From the NCBI GenBank assembly GCA_002633005.1, contig NMRA01000345.1, positions 271,131 through 335,130 on the forward strand: 64,000 bases of DNA, read 5' to 3'. The notes beneath the pieces were generated by a model. It was not told where the DNA came from. It saw nothing but the letters and a program-made list of their open reading frames with translations, and searched no databases. The stretch is from Phoronis australis (Eukaryota > Animalia > Phoronida). The position numbers and the translations under genes are program-made. Numbering within the stretch: position 1 is the first letter of the stretch; every line of letters begins with the position of its first letter. Below are positions 49,101-63,240 of this stretch, piece after piece.

Positions 49101-50759
49101 CTGTAGGTTTTTCTGTAATCTGAATGAGTGCTTTTACACTACACTTGGTTCATATGAGTGGTGAAAATTCTAGCAATTCTTTAGTAGAGAAAACCTGTCT
49201 AGTATTTTAGCCAGACTAAGACGTGCTGTCTTGTAGGGGTAATTTTTGCTAGAAGTTTTCGCATGACGGAGTTGCTTTTTCAGTCAAAAATTTATTTTAG
49301 AGCAGGTCACACAAACCAGTAGAATTATAAACAAAGGCCTTTCTCTGTCCTGTGGTGGTATTAAGCATCTGGCTATGAAAGTCCTAGTGAAATGCCAGCA
49401 AATATTACCTTTGTATCTGTTCACCTGACTGCCATTTTTGGTTCTAGCGAAAGTGGTATCGTAAACGCTAACATTTAGTCAGTTTGTGAATTCCTAACCG
49501 TTTGTGTACCAAATAGTGCATTAAATTTTTGTAAGATTAAAACACTGTTCAATTTTGTTTTGAGCACGAGGGTACTGATGAGAGAACTGTTCACTTGGTC
49601 AGTTGGCACACAATGTGGTAGAGAGGTATACTATTCCTCAGTCAAATTTCTCTGCAAAGGATTAGAAAGCTACATTGCTCTCAACTGACTAGATTGTGGT
49701 GTGCTTTTTGTAGTATGGTAGTAAGCGCTTGTAGAATAAAAATTGTACTTTTGGCAGTTGTTATTATACAAAAGTACCAACCAATTACAACAATATAGGA
49801 ATAATAATTATTAGGATACCTTGACTCATTGTTTAAGTATCACCTACATTGCTGTATAAGGTGTAGGCGTTTGAATGTGGTGCCATGCAATTTACAATTT
49901 CAACGATGTTTTTGTAAAATACGGTTTGTAACTAGACAGTGCAAATGCTTGGCGTTGAAGGTAGATTCCAAATCTCTAGCTTAAACCTTAAAGAACTGAG
50001 GTGGGCAACTAAGAGCTAGATTTAGACTAAACGTTTTGTAGATTTATCTCAGGGTAATGTGTCGAAAACTTTTAAGAAGCATTATATAGAACTTGAGGCT
50101 GATTTAGGCCACTTAGTGTTTTAAAATCAGTTTCATCTACGCTAGTTCCTTAAATTAGAAATTAATGATAACTAGGCTTGAGAACTTACAGTTTGTTGTT
50201 GCATCTGACCATCCTGAAGTTTGCCGTAAATAATATTGTCACTGCCGGTTAATTTCTGTCACCCAAGCAGCATGCCTGTCAAGGAAATTCCAGGCACTTT
50301 ATTGCAGCCATTGTCTGTTCATGAAAAGGATAAAAACACAATTGCAATGCTTTGGACGAACAAAATCGCCTGCAAAGAAACTCAGTTTTGACATCAGAAC
50401 ATGATTTAAGTAGTGTCTTTAAAATAAAAACTTGCAGATGGCTTGAAAGTTGCTCCATTTTGTTGCCTTATGGTCAAGTTTGTGTGTATTCAGCCAAGTA
50501 TTTAGTACAAACGCATTGTTATTACTTCAGTAAAAGTATACCATTTCTGAAAATTGAAAGCCTTTAGAATTAGTTTATATTAATCTGCCATTAATTGGTA
50601 ACACGACCGTGCATGTTTAGCGAAATTAAGCAAAAAGAAAGGTACATTTATAGTGAAACAGCGGTATCAACATGACCAAATTTCGTTTCAGTGATAAAAA
50701 CATTCAAGGTGGAATCTCAAAAATGCTGTTACGGTTTTCTAAATTATAATTTGGTTCTT

Positions 50760-51078
50760 GTCATATGCAACTTTAAGAGTACTTTTCTAAAAATCAAAGA
50801 AGTTCTATTTTTGAGATTGAATTTTGTGTCGAAAATGATTCGCCGCAAATCATTGAACCGTGTTCAGTATGTACCGTGACATGGTGCTTTGGGAATAACA
50901 CCCGCGAAGTACGTCAAGGTCATATGCAACTTTAAGAGTACTTTTCTAAAAATCATAGAAGTCCTATTTTTGAGATTGAATTTTGTGTCGAAAATGATCC
51001 GCCGCAAATCATTGAACCGTGTTCAGTAAGTACCGTGACATGGTGCTTTGGGAATAACACCCGCGAAGTACGTCAAGT
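50760..51078. repeat. 160-bp tandem duplication in AHR intron 1
   Basis: 50760-50919 is nearly identical to 50920-51078. Confidence 0.92.
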
Positions 51079-54000
51079 TCATCTATTTGCAGAATTTTTG
51101 TTTTCACATTTACAAATTATCCGTGATTACCACTACTGCTTGTTATGCTAAATTAGTGACGGTGTTTCTGTTTAAGTTCTTGTTATACCTTGTGCGTAGT
51201 TAGGAGCATGCAAATACATTTTCAGCAAGATGATTTCCTACTCGTGCAGTTTGTTTTGAAAATCTGTTCCATACTAGACAAAACTACAAAATGAGAGGGT
51301 TCATTTAGTGCTTGGATAGCTATTGGTCAACTGTAGTGGGGATGGGTGGACAATTCTCTTCACCAAGTTCTGGTATATGAATAGACAACACACCTGTCGC
51401 CAGTCAATGTTGTAGGGGCCCTAAAATATCTATTTCTTATTTCAAGATTGCTACCATCACAACATGTATTGAAGTTATTAATGTTTTGCATTGTTGCTGG
51501 GCTTAAATTTATCCACTTACACTAGCAATGTAGGGATTTCATCTACAGCCCTTCAGTGGTTTTTCAAATGCATTACTTGACTTTTGTTGACTTGTAAATC
51601 ATCTGGTGACACCAGAGGTAACTTATAGTGGCATCCGTAAACAGTGTGACAGAAACTTGTCTCAAGACCTCACCAGAATGGTAAGTAATGGTCCACTGCA
51701 ACAGGATTTTTGGTGAAAGTGTGACTAAGCAACCATCTTAGAAAAATAAAACGTGGAAAGTCATCGTCGAATCGTTGAATTAAAACATAAATTAGCAGAT
51801 ATTTTACGCAAAATATTGGTGAGGCATTCACCATCCGATCGTGCTGAAGTTAGATTTCAGGACTTCCTAGATCGTAATTTACGCGTCCACAAGTTATCGG
51901 TGATCTCATTGGATGTTTACACGCTGACAACAGCCTTGCCATAGATGAAATGCCACCAATTGATAATTGTACATACTTAGAATGAATTGAAGCTTTCCGA
52001 CCAGAACACAAAAGCATGCAACATGTGTTCTGTCTGGGAGCAGTGATAAAACCTCTTTAGGGATAGCAAATCGCGGTAAGATTTCACTAATTTCGTAAAA
52101 AATAATTGCCACAAATTGATTTTTTCATTTTCAAAGACTCGTCACTCAAAACTATAAGCTATGGAATAAAACATCAATGTGGTAAACATTTTTGTATGCT
52201 ACCTGTCTTTCTTTAAAAAAACAGATAATAAAGTTTCACCAATCGGGGCGTATTGTGCCTCAAATCTGTAATATTTAACCGTAGGTTGAGACATCCTGCT
52301 GGTGGCCGAAAGTTGAGGTGTTGAACACGTGTCACTTCTGTGCCTTGACTAATTTGACTTGATGAATGGCAGATTACAGCACTTGTTGACTGGACAATGG
52401 AGTCAATTGGTATCTGTTGTGTAGTTGACAGGAGTTAGTTGGAAGTGTTTGTTAATTACACCTGTATTCAGGTATCTGTCAACTGTGACAAGCTCGGCCT
52501 TGTTGTTGTCCTAAAGTGTTGTACATTTCCACTTCCTGCGGAAACAGTTGCTGAGTTGGTGTCCGACTCGAAAAGAGAACACTTAAGTCTGTTGTTAGTT
52601 TGGGGAGAGGGGGGGGGGACTGTAGTGAACAAGGGGAGTAGGAAACCGTCTTGCCTTGTGAAAATCTGGTCAGTGAAAAGTGATCTTCGTTTGCCATCAT
52701 GAAAAATGTTGTTATCGTATAGTGTCAGGGATATCTTAGAAGACATTATTTTTACTTTTGTAGACATTGGTGTGAACAATTTGATTGTTTGGGTGAAGTA
52801 CTCGCTATACCCACGCGTCGCTCAGCCATGACGAAATTGTTGAAGTTTTTCTTGATCCAAGGCTCTTGGATCAAGAAAAACTAAATAATGCAAAAATGAG
52901 TTTTTTCCAGAGCACTGTGTTTGGATATCCTTGTAAACACTGAAATGATCATGCCTTGAAAGCAAGTGCTTGTTTTGTGCTGATGTGGGTGCCTTCACGT
53001 ATTGAAGGTTACACATTTTGTGACCTTGGGATGCTGGCGGACTCGTGTTGTTCCGTAAGTTTTAGGTGGCACGGCCCTGCTAACACAACCGAATGGTATT
53101 GCTGGTTGTACCAGTCCCCCTTCATCACTTACATTGTAGATCTGCTCCTGTTGTGTGTGGGATTTTGTCAACGTTGGCGCTGTTCTGGCTACTTTTAAAA
53201 TTTTCAGAAAACTGGAGAACTCTTCGCTTTGTAATTATGGTGTCATTATAGGGTTCGTGTAAACAGAAATGTATTCTGTTTATCTTCGAAAGAGGACAAA
53301 ATTTAATCGTTTTTTCAAACTCCTGTTCAGAATAGTACTTTCCAGTTCTTTCTGAGCTTCTCTCTAATTATAGTACATTATTTGACTCATAATAAACGCA
53401 AAATATATGAATATGTAAGCATAAAAAAATAATGATTGTGTAACATCTACTTGTTTCTGCATCTGTTTCTTTTTCAATTTTGAATTGTCTATCATCAGTT
53501 ATTGCAGGAAAATGTAAATTTAGGTTTAGTTGTTCCTGTTGAACATAATAGTACACCATTACCTACTGTCTATGTGTTCATTAGATTTGTTACTGCATAG
53601 GTAAATATTATCAACAAGGTTGTGTCTTCATTCTTGTTTAAAGCCCAATCCTTTAATTTGCCATAACCAGTTTTTAATTACCAGTCAAGCCATCAATCAC
53701 ACGAAGTCTGAAGACATGAGTTGCCTTTTGTGTTATGATAGAAATATGATGATACATCACTCTGTTCATTAATACCAACATTAACAGGCAGCAAAGAATT
53801 TGGCTTTATTCTCTACTGCATAATAGCGCTGAATTTCCGCAGGGTTTGATGTTCAATGGAATTTACATGTCATTTTTATCAAAAATTAATAGTTTTATTG
53901 TCGATGTCTTTGCGTTTTGGTTTCTCACCATCTCTGTTGACTGAGGTCCAAGAGTAAGCTTTTGATCCAACTGCTATAGAATTGTTAAAAAATTTTGCTC

Positions 54001-57000
54001 TGCAAATTTAGTCGTTATTTTTACATTCATCAAATAACTTTTAGTGGTAAAGACTATAGTGTCATATTGAAAGTAATGGTACTTGTAGTGCATCATATTG
54101 GACAGGCCTGTGTGAATGGTGGAAAGAGCAAAAATTATTTGAAATGAAGATCAGTCATGCTGCTCTGGAGATTCAGTCTCAATACGTAAATTCTATGCTG
54201 AATAATATCATTCCTGTGCCACTGATTCACTCTACGCTAATTGCAAATGGAGCTAATGTTATAAAAATCAACCTGTGGGCGATTAGCGAAATTTACCCTG
54301 TTGCTATTAATGCCCTGGTAAACTGGGTGTATTACATAACAGGCTGTTGTTGGACTACCTAATTAATGACAATTATAGGATATTTACTGTGTGTTTAAAA
54401 TTGAGCCTGTTTAAAAATCAATCCTGCTGGTGGGGAGCAAGACCATCCTCTTAGTTTATAGTGCCTATCTGGATTATCCATATGGGATAATCCAATTGTT
54501 ATGCCGACAAGATTCGTTCACCACTTTCATCTGTTCATTTTGTTATAAATGGGATGCCAACCTCGCAGGTTTGTTCATGTTGTCTACAAGAAGACCCGTG
54601 TGTTTACATTCTGTCCCTGCCACACTTTTCCAAATAATTCGGGGTTATGATGCCGCACATTCAAAATACAGACCAACACAATGTCTCGTGGGAAACAATC
54701 CGGGACAACGTGACAAGGGGTACTCAAGACCAAACGATAGGAAACAAAACGCTTCCTGAACACTTTCATGGCGTTTCCCATTTCGAGGTTACATTTTCTC
54801 GTTTACAGTAAATTTTAGCCAATTTCAGGCAAACATAATTGCCAAAAATAACGCTTTCTTCATTTTTGAAGGGATTCAAACATTGTTGTGAATGATTTCA
54901 ATTTTTCAAAATATTGTCTTTTGGAAGCTATGCTACAGAAGTTGAATATGGCGAACCATCAATTCGGCTTTAATGTATCTTCTACAAAAAGATGACAAAA
55001 TAAAGTTTTATCTGTCCGCATTATTTTGTCCTAAACTGGTGAGATTTTGTGGTACCCTGACCACTACTTGAAATTAGGTATCCGATTCAGGGATCTGATA
55101 CCGGCGGGCAAAATACTTGTCGCAGACAATATCTCAAACGGGGCAAATCCCAGGATAAAATACCCATTCCAAGTTGACTTCACATCAGACCATGAACAGC
55201 GCCCATTCGAGATACCCTGCTATTTTGATTTGGGGACACCTGAGTTTTATTGCCCGTCGGCAGGATTGGTTTTTAATATAGTGTCACTCGATTTACGTCT
55301 TGATATGGTAAATCTCCACAAGTTGTTAAATGTTCAGGGTTATTTCTTTAAAAGCCGACAGAACTGATTTTTTAAAACACGCTCGATTTGTTTGATTGAA
55401 TTTTTGCAAGTCACTGAGTCTTTGTAACTTTATACTTTCATTAATCACCAACTGAATCTGTTTTTGAAACACGCTCTGGTTTATGAGTGTTGACTGTATC
55501 TACGTAAGAGGATTGATTTTATCACGTTAGCATCAAACTGACAATGTGGTGTTGAATCTTCATGACAACTTAAGTTTTTTAAAAGCACGGAAGGAATTTT
55601 CTGAGGAACCAAGCTTTTTGGGTTCATAAGACTTGTTTTACGAGCCAGCGTCGGTGTTTCAGTGAGTGATTGGTTTGAGTTAATACAACGCTAATATTGT
55701 CAGTTGTGAGTGCGTGAACACAGGCCTGAAAATTAGTCGTATGCAGATGCTTATTGGCAGGAGCTCTGTCCTGGCATTCGTCATCTGAAGTATACTTTTC
55801 TATTTTCCAAACTCCTTGATGACATCTCGGGCTTTCCAACTTACGTGCTCATTGCAATTCTGTCTCCCCTTGTTGCGACTTCGCAGTTCATGTTCATTCC
55901 TCATAATTTTGAAGGTGGAAAAGGTTCGCAGAGGTTGCACTACCGCCAATGGATTTTGGTTGTCATGGCCTTTCCCCAGAAGTATCGGATGAAATGATTT
56001 AAACCCTGCTTGCAGCTTTGCTGTTTCTAATGCGCTAATATGTTGGTCAACGTATCAACAATTTGCACTGCACTTGTTTCAATATTACAACCAGTTCGTG
56101 GGAAAGACTTTTTATGCGCCCACATATTTATATGTGGATGCATTATTTTTAAACGTGTCTTCTGCGAAGTGCTCTTAAGGTTCTTTAATACGGTGTGATT
56201 TGCATGTTTGTCAGCCCATTGTCTGTTTCTGTCAAGAAAGTGGAAATCGTCTTTTTATGACCTTCTTGTCACATTTCATTAGGATAATGTTCAATTACCC
56301 GGCTTGTTCTGTCTATCTAATTTCCTATACTGTTTTATGTTAAACATCTCCAACTATAACAATTAATAGAATGGAATAATACAACTAGAGAGTAAGAAAG
56401 TGACTGCAGTGATGTAAAATCGTGACCTCGCTACATTTAGGGTTTGTAATGTCAGTGATGGGAGTAGTAGTGGGAGGCAGTTGAAACTGTTGTGAGTGTG
56501 TTTTTTCAGTCCAGTATTTCACAGGAATTCTGTAATTCTGTTCTTGTCTGTGTTATGCTTAGCAATAATTGCAGATCGAAAAAATATGAAAACCATTACG
56601 GATGATGAAAAATACATGATACAATATCGCATTGTCATCGTCATGTGATCAAGGGCTGAACGTAACTAAATGTCCCCTTAAGAAAGACATTTTTCTCGTT
56701 TTTCACCACTGTCACTTTTGTCTACAACAGAAATTTCAAACTCGACTGGAATTACAAAATTCATATACGTGTTTGAAAGTCCAGTTTTGCCCATACTGTG
56801 GGGAGTTTGTGTGTTAATCTTGGAATAAATGTATTGAGCTGGTACCAAAAGTCCAAAGTGTCCTAATTTGTTAAAAGAAATTACTAATATCTCAATTTTT
56901 CAAAGTCACGGCATTATTAAGGTCAAGTTTTTAAACTCGACTGGTGTAAGCCAAACTCATCAAAACAAAATCGAAACTTGTCCCAGTGACAAGTCAAAAC

Positions 57001-58530
57001 ACTAAGATCAATGATTGTATGGTATCTCACAAATTTTGAACACAACATGGTTTACAACTGAAGTTTTATTTTCTTGTTTATTTCTTAAAAGTTATGTAAC
57101 ACCAAATTATGCTTTGCCATGTTCAAGATCTAAATCATAGCCATCAGCAGACAATATGTTTAAAAAACATTTGAAGTCAAAACTATGTGAACAGCATTAG
57201 AAAATGAAAATGTTACTTTTTCCTATTAATGTCCAAATTTAGCGATATTTTACCATGGTAATATATTTTTGTAACAACATACATCATCAAATGTATTTTG
57301 TTGTAGATTGTTATTGTTAGATTTTGAAAAACTGCAGCTGAGGTCCTTTATGAACATCAGCCAACCATTCAAGGCCCTTAGTACCTGGTATTGTTATAGA
57401 TATTTGCTAATGGGACCCCTGCATTTGCTGTTACAGTTAAATAGAGAAGTTGTATTAGACACAGAGATAAGCGAAAATAAAACTAACTTCCCATGCTAGA
57501 ACGTATTGTGATTTACGTAACATAGTCGGGTGGAGATATCCTGCTTTATACCTTGGGTTCCTATAAAACCTCTTATTTGCGTAATGTTTGTATAGATGAA
57601 CTCTTGCTGAAAGAAACAGCAAGTGCACCCAACAATGTACCTTCAGACTGCGCTGCACCCTGGTGGTGATGTAATAGACATTAGTAGCCCATCTCACCTT
57701 ATATTTAACTCATCATTATTTGCCCTGGAGCTCTGCTATGCGTCTGTAGTGAATGACCGAGCAACAACAGTTCACTTTATTGTCCAGTTCCCTGGACAGT
57801 TGTCAAGGGTACCCACTGCCACTGAGTATATTACAGGCCTTGACATGGTTCATTGTCCATCTCACCATTGAAGAAGTGTGTTTTGACACTAAGGATCATC
57901 ATGTGTCAATTAAGTGTCCTTATGCTCTCTGTAGTGTCTTTGAACGGGAGCAACAGGAAAGGGTTTTCTTCAAAAAAGGGTTTAGTATTTATTCTTGTTT
58001 ATATCCCTCAGTGAAGGACCCAGGAAATAATCCCAAATTAAAAAGGGGGCGTAACTAGTTCATTTAGCATTCTTAATTTATTATTTGAAATTTGGGGGCA
58101 CCTGTTGTGGCAAAGCGTATCGCGTATCGCCAGGTATTACTCAATAAATCTGATTTTCATTTTTATGTGTACATTGCCATGACATTGTAAAGAAGTAAAC
58201 TGCAACAAGTTGTGCACTCACAATTTACGTATTTTTCAAGCAGGGCATGGTAATAATCTACGTGGAACTCTTAAACATTGGCAGAGCACCTTTTTTATCT
58301 AATTCTGATGTGCAACACTAACTGTATCCGGGCAAAACACAATGTCTTTCGTTTATGTACATTTTGAGACATTCGCATGTTTGTGTAAACCGTTTGAATA
58401 TCTCACCGCACAGCAGTGGCAATCGACGCGTGATCAATGGTTCTAAAGAATTTTAAAAAGGCCGGGAAATTTTCTACTGCATACAAGTAAATCATACTAG
58501 AATCCAGAATATTGTCCACCAGTCCTTCAC

Positions 58531-58547
58531 TGTCGCCATCTAGTGGA
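58531..58547 (-). promoter_or_regulatory. CTCF consensus motif
   Basis: The minus strand reads CCACTAGATGGCGACA. Confidence 0.55.
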
Positions 58548-61082
58548 GAAGCGTGTTTCATCACGTCGCTGCTACATCAGGAACTGGCTAGGAAAGTACC
58601 TCTACCGTGATGAAGCAGAATGATCCCTCCTCCTCCCTTTCCCTGTAGCAGATGGCTTTTCAAACGGGCAGGCATTTTATTGGTTGGATAATGGTTGTCA
58701 CTCACCCCCAAATCAATTGCGTTTCTAATTTCTGGTCAATATCACCACAATAGATACGTTAGGTAACTTGTGGCTGCTTAAGTCTTGTTCAAAGCTTCCA
58801 ATTTTGTCTTGGTAATCCAACACAAGAATGATTTGAGGTACTGTCTCCTATTTTGCTCTTTAAAGTTCCTTGGGGCAGGGGTCTAATCTTTGTACACAAT
58901 ATCAATCAAACTTGAAATTAATTTTGGCATTTTTCTGTTCTACTTTTGTGCGAACTCAAGATACGTGTCTATTTGTCTGTGCTCTTAGTATGTTATGGTT
59001 TACATATATGAGTGAATAGTCGCACTTGATGACCCCTGTATTGGAGCTACAAACTCTAGTAAGGACTCACACTCTTAACCTTATTGCTGGGTTCATCAAG
59101 TGCAAACTAGGGTTTGATATCCGCATAAGCTTCTATGTACGTGAACTCAGAATAATCATCACTATGTTGAGTTCACACGAAACTATTATTAGCGCATAGC
59201 AAAAAAATAATTTCAAATTCCATATGGAGTAAAAGATTAGACCCTGGGTCTAGATTCGCTGTGAGAATATATTTCAGAGTTTGTGGCAATATTTTTTAAT
59301 CACTTCAATAATAATCTACTCCGTATGTCTTGTCAGATGAGCTACTTATAATGTACAGCAAAAACATCTATAAACCAATAGTTAAGCCGGTCAATCTGAA
59401 GTCAACCTTCAGCCAGAAGGTGGAGCTGTCGATTTATTGCATCATGGCCTTAACTTATGCACTTGTATGTCAGTGGCATTTGAAGGTTGAACCTCACGAG
59501 ACCTACAAACATAACTATCCACACCCATAGCTATTGCACGGTTTTGATTAAAAAGATGAAAACCCATGTGGTTTTTCATAGTGAGATAATTTATAGAACT
59601 TGTAATTCACATTAATGAATTGTTGGGTTTAACCCATTTATCTATTTTCGCAATCCCAATGTCCTAATTCAAAGAGTTGTGTGACGGTTTTAGCCTAATT
59701 CATGTTTGTTGTGTTCATTGAAAATATAAAGCTGTTATGTTTTTTTATCAGTTAAGCAGAAACATTTTGGAAAGCTTGAAATTACAGGGAATTTTTGAAG
59801 TTTATCTATCCTGGTTTTTCAATAACGTAAACACCCTTTTTCTCGGCATATTAAGTTTCATGAGGAGAACACAGTTTTCCATTTGTACTGGACATCTCGA
59901 TAATTGGACCGTGTTTTCAAAAACTTTAGAACCTCTGAACCTCACCTTTACCTGAGATATCACAGGTGAGAGGTGGTTCCTGTAATAACTAATTACTAAT
60001 TCATTGGAAACCATCTACTGTGATCTTTCAAAACCTGTGTTGAGGCCTCCATATTACTCCCTGTTGATAAATATTTAACCAACTCATGGATATGATTAGA
60101 GGCGATCATTTATTGTTTATAACTGGCGGTGATTGATTGACGAGCTTCTATTAAATTATTCACTGTGTGCACAGTGTTTCTGTCATTTATATGCAGTGTA
60201 GTGTCTTAAGAATTGCACAGATTTATACGACTGTCTGTACTCAAAGGTGCAACCAATGTTGGCGACTGGAATAATATGTGCTACGACGTCCAAACGGTAG
60301 TTGAGGGTTGTTGCAAACAGTGCCTCTAGTGTGATTCGTTACCAGTGTCAGTCACCTGCCATGAAGCAGACTCATGTCTACAGAAGTCATTTCAAGTATG
60401 TAGGTAGTGATAGGGTGTTTTTTGGTTTTTCAACAAGATCAAAACATTAACATCACACAAACTATTCTCTCACTGTTGATTGTGTTTGTTGGAAGGTGTA
60501 TGTTTGACCAGTTAAAGCTGTCAATGGTTATTCCGAGGTGTGTTTCACTTAAAAGACTTTCAACTTTTTTGGTTGTTAAGTCATTTTTGTTTTAACTTCG
60601 CACATATTTTTAGTGTTTCCTAAGTCCGACAAAAGTCACGAGTATGACGGCAGTGATGTTAGCAAAATCTTAAACGATTGGGCGAAGACAGAAAGTTTTG
60701 GAAGAATTTATTGATTTTAACACATTGGGAATACTCGGTATTATTGAGAGGCTTATACAGTCTCAACAGACAGTCAATCGATTTTTGTTGGATACACTGA
60801 GCGAGGACCTGAGACTGTAGTTTTTACTGTTGGACGTCGGTCTCTCTTGACATCTGTCCTGTTTTATAGTGCAGCTCATCGCACACAAAAATTGTATCAA
60901 TATTTGGTAGCCAATCAGTGGTTGGTTCCAATATGGACGAGTAGTTGTGTTGTAAATTAGATCAAAAAGGAAAATTTCTGAAAGTTTTTGGATGTTCACG
61001 CAGTTGATGAATGGCCTGAAGGCATACATGAAAGTTTGTGTGGTTGGCAAGATGATTTTTACCTCCTTCAAAAATGCTCTTA

Positions 61083-61096
61083 CCAGTAGGTGGCGT
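61083..61096 (+). promoter_or_regulatory. CTCF-like motif
   Basis: CCAGTAGGTGGCGT. Confidence 0.4.
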
Positions 61097-63052
61097 GTGG
61101 TGATTTTGTCGTTGTCAGTCTAGGCTTTCAATGTTTTTTGTGAATTGGACATAAGTCTATTTTGTAAGTTTTTCGGTAAAGTGTAATGGTTGTAAAGTTA
61201 CAACTTCATGTTGAAACAGGCCCTTGAATTTTAACTGGCTGTTTAATAACCATTACAATGCAACTGTTTGAATGCCTTTTGCTCCTAATCATTTTTCCGG
61301 TAGTCTTGACAGTTATCATGTGCTCTGTTTTTTTGACACGTAGTTGGTGAGAAAAAACAATATTGGTGATGTATATGAATGCATTCCAAGCACTGTGGAC
61401 ATGTCATTTAGGTTTTACCAAACAAATATTTAGTCTTAATATAAAAGTACTTTAATTAGAAAGTACGCATATTTAGGAATAAGTGAAGTTCTTCTGAAGT
61501 TCGTGACTCATGGAATATATTTTAAAAGGGAAGTCGTGTACTTTTGTTCAACTTTCCATTTTAATTTTTAGCATATTCCTCTATAAATGTAGATGTAGAG
61601 CCTGAAAATGGTTGCACTGTGATTCTCTATATTCCTTTGAATATTGTCTGTTCAAATGCCCTTCCTTCAGCAGGCAGACCTAACCTTGACCTCTCCATTT
61701 CAGGGAATGTACAATTTTCTTACATCACTGATTGCAAAGATTTTGATACTGAAAATCATTCTAATAGTACATGTATAATTTAAAACCTCACCAATTTCGA
61801 CAAATAATTACCAAAATAGATATTTATATCATTTGTTAAAGGCTGTTGGCATTGTTCACTATGCCAACAATTTCTCAAAACATTGTCAGTTGGTTTCCAT
61901 GGTTTTGAACTTAAAAATGTTAAAATATTTATTTGATGCTATAAATGTTTTATGAAAAAATTGAAAATTTCCCTTTCCCCCACATTGTGTGGTGAGATTT
62001 TAAATGTAAATTGCTGCCTTATGGGTTGTGGTGTGAAGGTGTGTAAAACAGTTTAACCATTTCGCGATTTTACATTTTCGTTTTTTAGAGACTTGTTCTC
62101 TAATAGTTGTGTGAATGTATTCTGGAAGAGAGGTCCAAAGTGGTCGCGGGTACGAGTGTACATAAAACCGTAAAATACCGTGTCGCTCTACGTAGAGTAG
62201 CTCAGCATTCAACTCTTTCAAAAGACCTTATGCAAGATGAGAAGCAATGAGGAGTTTTGTACCACTTCTGTTGTCCTTGTGGCGCTACCATAACCAGCCA
62301 CTGCACAGTGGGTACTCACCAGAGGTTTATAAGGCCTCTTCCTTTTTTCCACAAGTGAGATTATTAGACTTTAGGCGAGGTTATGCAACAAGATGGCAAT
62401 CATTTGTCCCACTAATACTTCTGCTCAATTGAGAACCCTGAAAGTGGTCTACTGTAACGCATTGGTACACCAGTGTCAATTCGTTCCAATCCTCTATATT
62501 GGTTCATCTTGTCATGAAGGCAAGCAATGGATTATCTTTGTGTTTGCTGTCTTGGGAGTTCATGCGCTGTAACTTTGGCCAAAAATTGCAAATTTGGTTC
62601 TGATTGATGTGGTGATAAGATATTTTCAAAAAAGTCACCTGATGCTAGTCCAAGTCGGACGGGTTCCATCTTTTTGTTATTTTGACGCGCTTGACTACTT
62701 CCTGTGTACTAGGGTAGTTCAAACCAAATCAAATTCAGGTAGTGAATCAGGTAATTAATTGCATGTTGCCAAAACAGTTTATTAAAAAAACTACCTTAAG
62801 TTAGATACTTGTGGGAAGCTTTTGAAAAAATAGCTTCATTAAAAAGGATGCCCTCTGGTGGCTCTTGCTTTTCATTAAACAATGAGGCACACGGGTTTCA
62901 ATAAAATGAAAGCAGACGGGAACCAATTTTTCTATTTTTGGCCTTACAATTTCTTTTTTGTTTTCCCTTAATTTGAATGTCATTTCCCTCTAAGAGTTCC
63001 TCATAACAGCGCTTGACCATTTGCTGATGTCGTGTTTGAATGCTCTTTACAG

Positions 63053-63240
63053 CCTCAAGTCTCCACTAAAGGAACCGCCAAAAAGTAATCCGAGCAAGCG
63101 CCACCGCGAGCGGCTGAACAATGAGCTGGACCACCTGGCTAGCCTACTGCCCTTTGACCAGCAGGTCATCTCAAAACTGGACAAATTGTCCATACTCCGA
63201 CTTGCAGTCAGTTACCTTAGGACAAAAAACTACTTTCACG
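63053..63240 (+). CDS. AHR: Aryl hydrocarbon receptor exon 2 (bHLH domain); gene continues beyond the window
   Basis: [52 protein letters not shown] is the AHR/spineless signature. Acceptor ctttacag| and donor G|gtaag, 188 nt. Confidence 0.96.
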
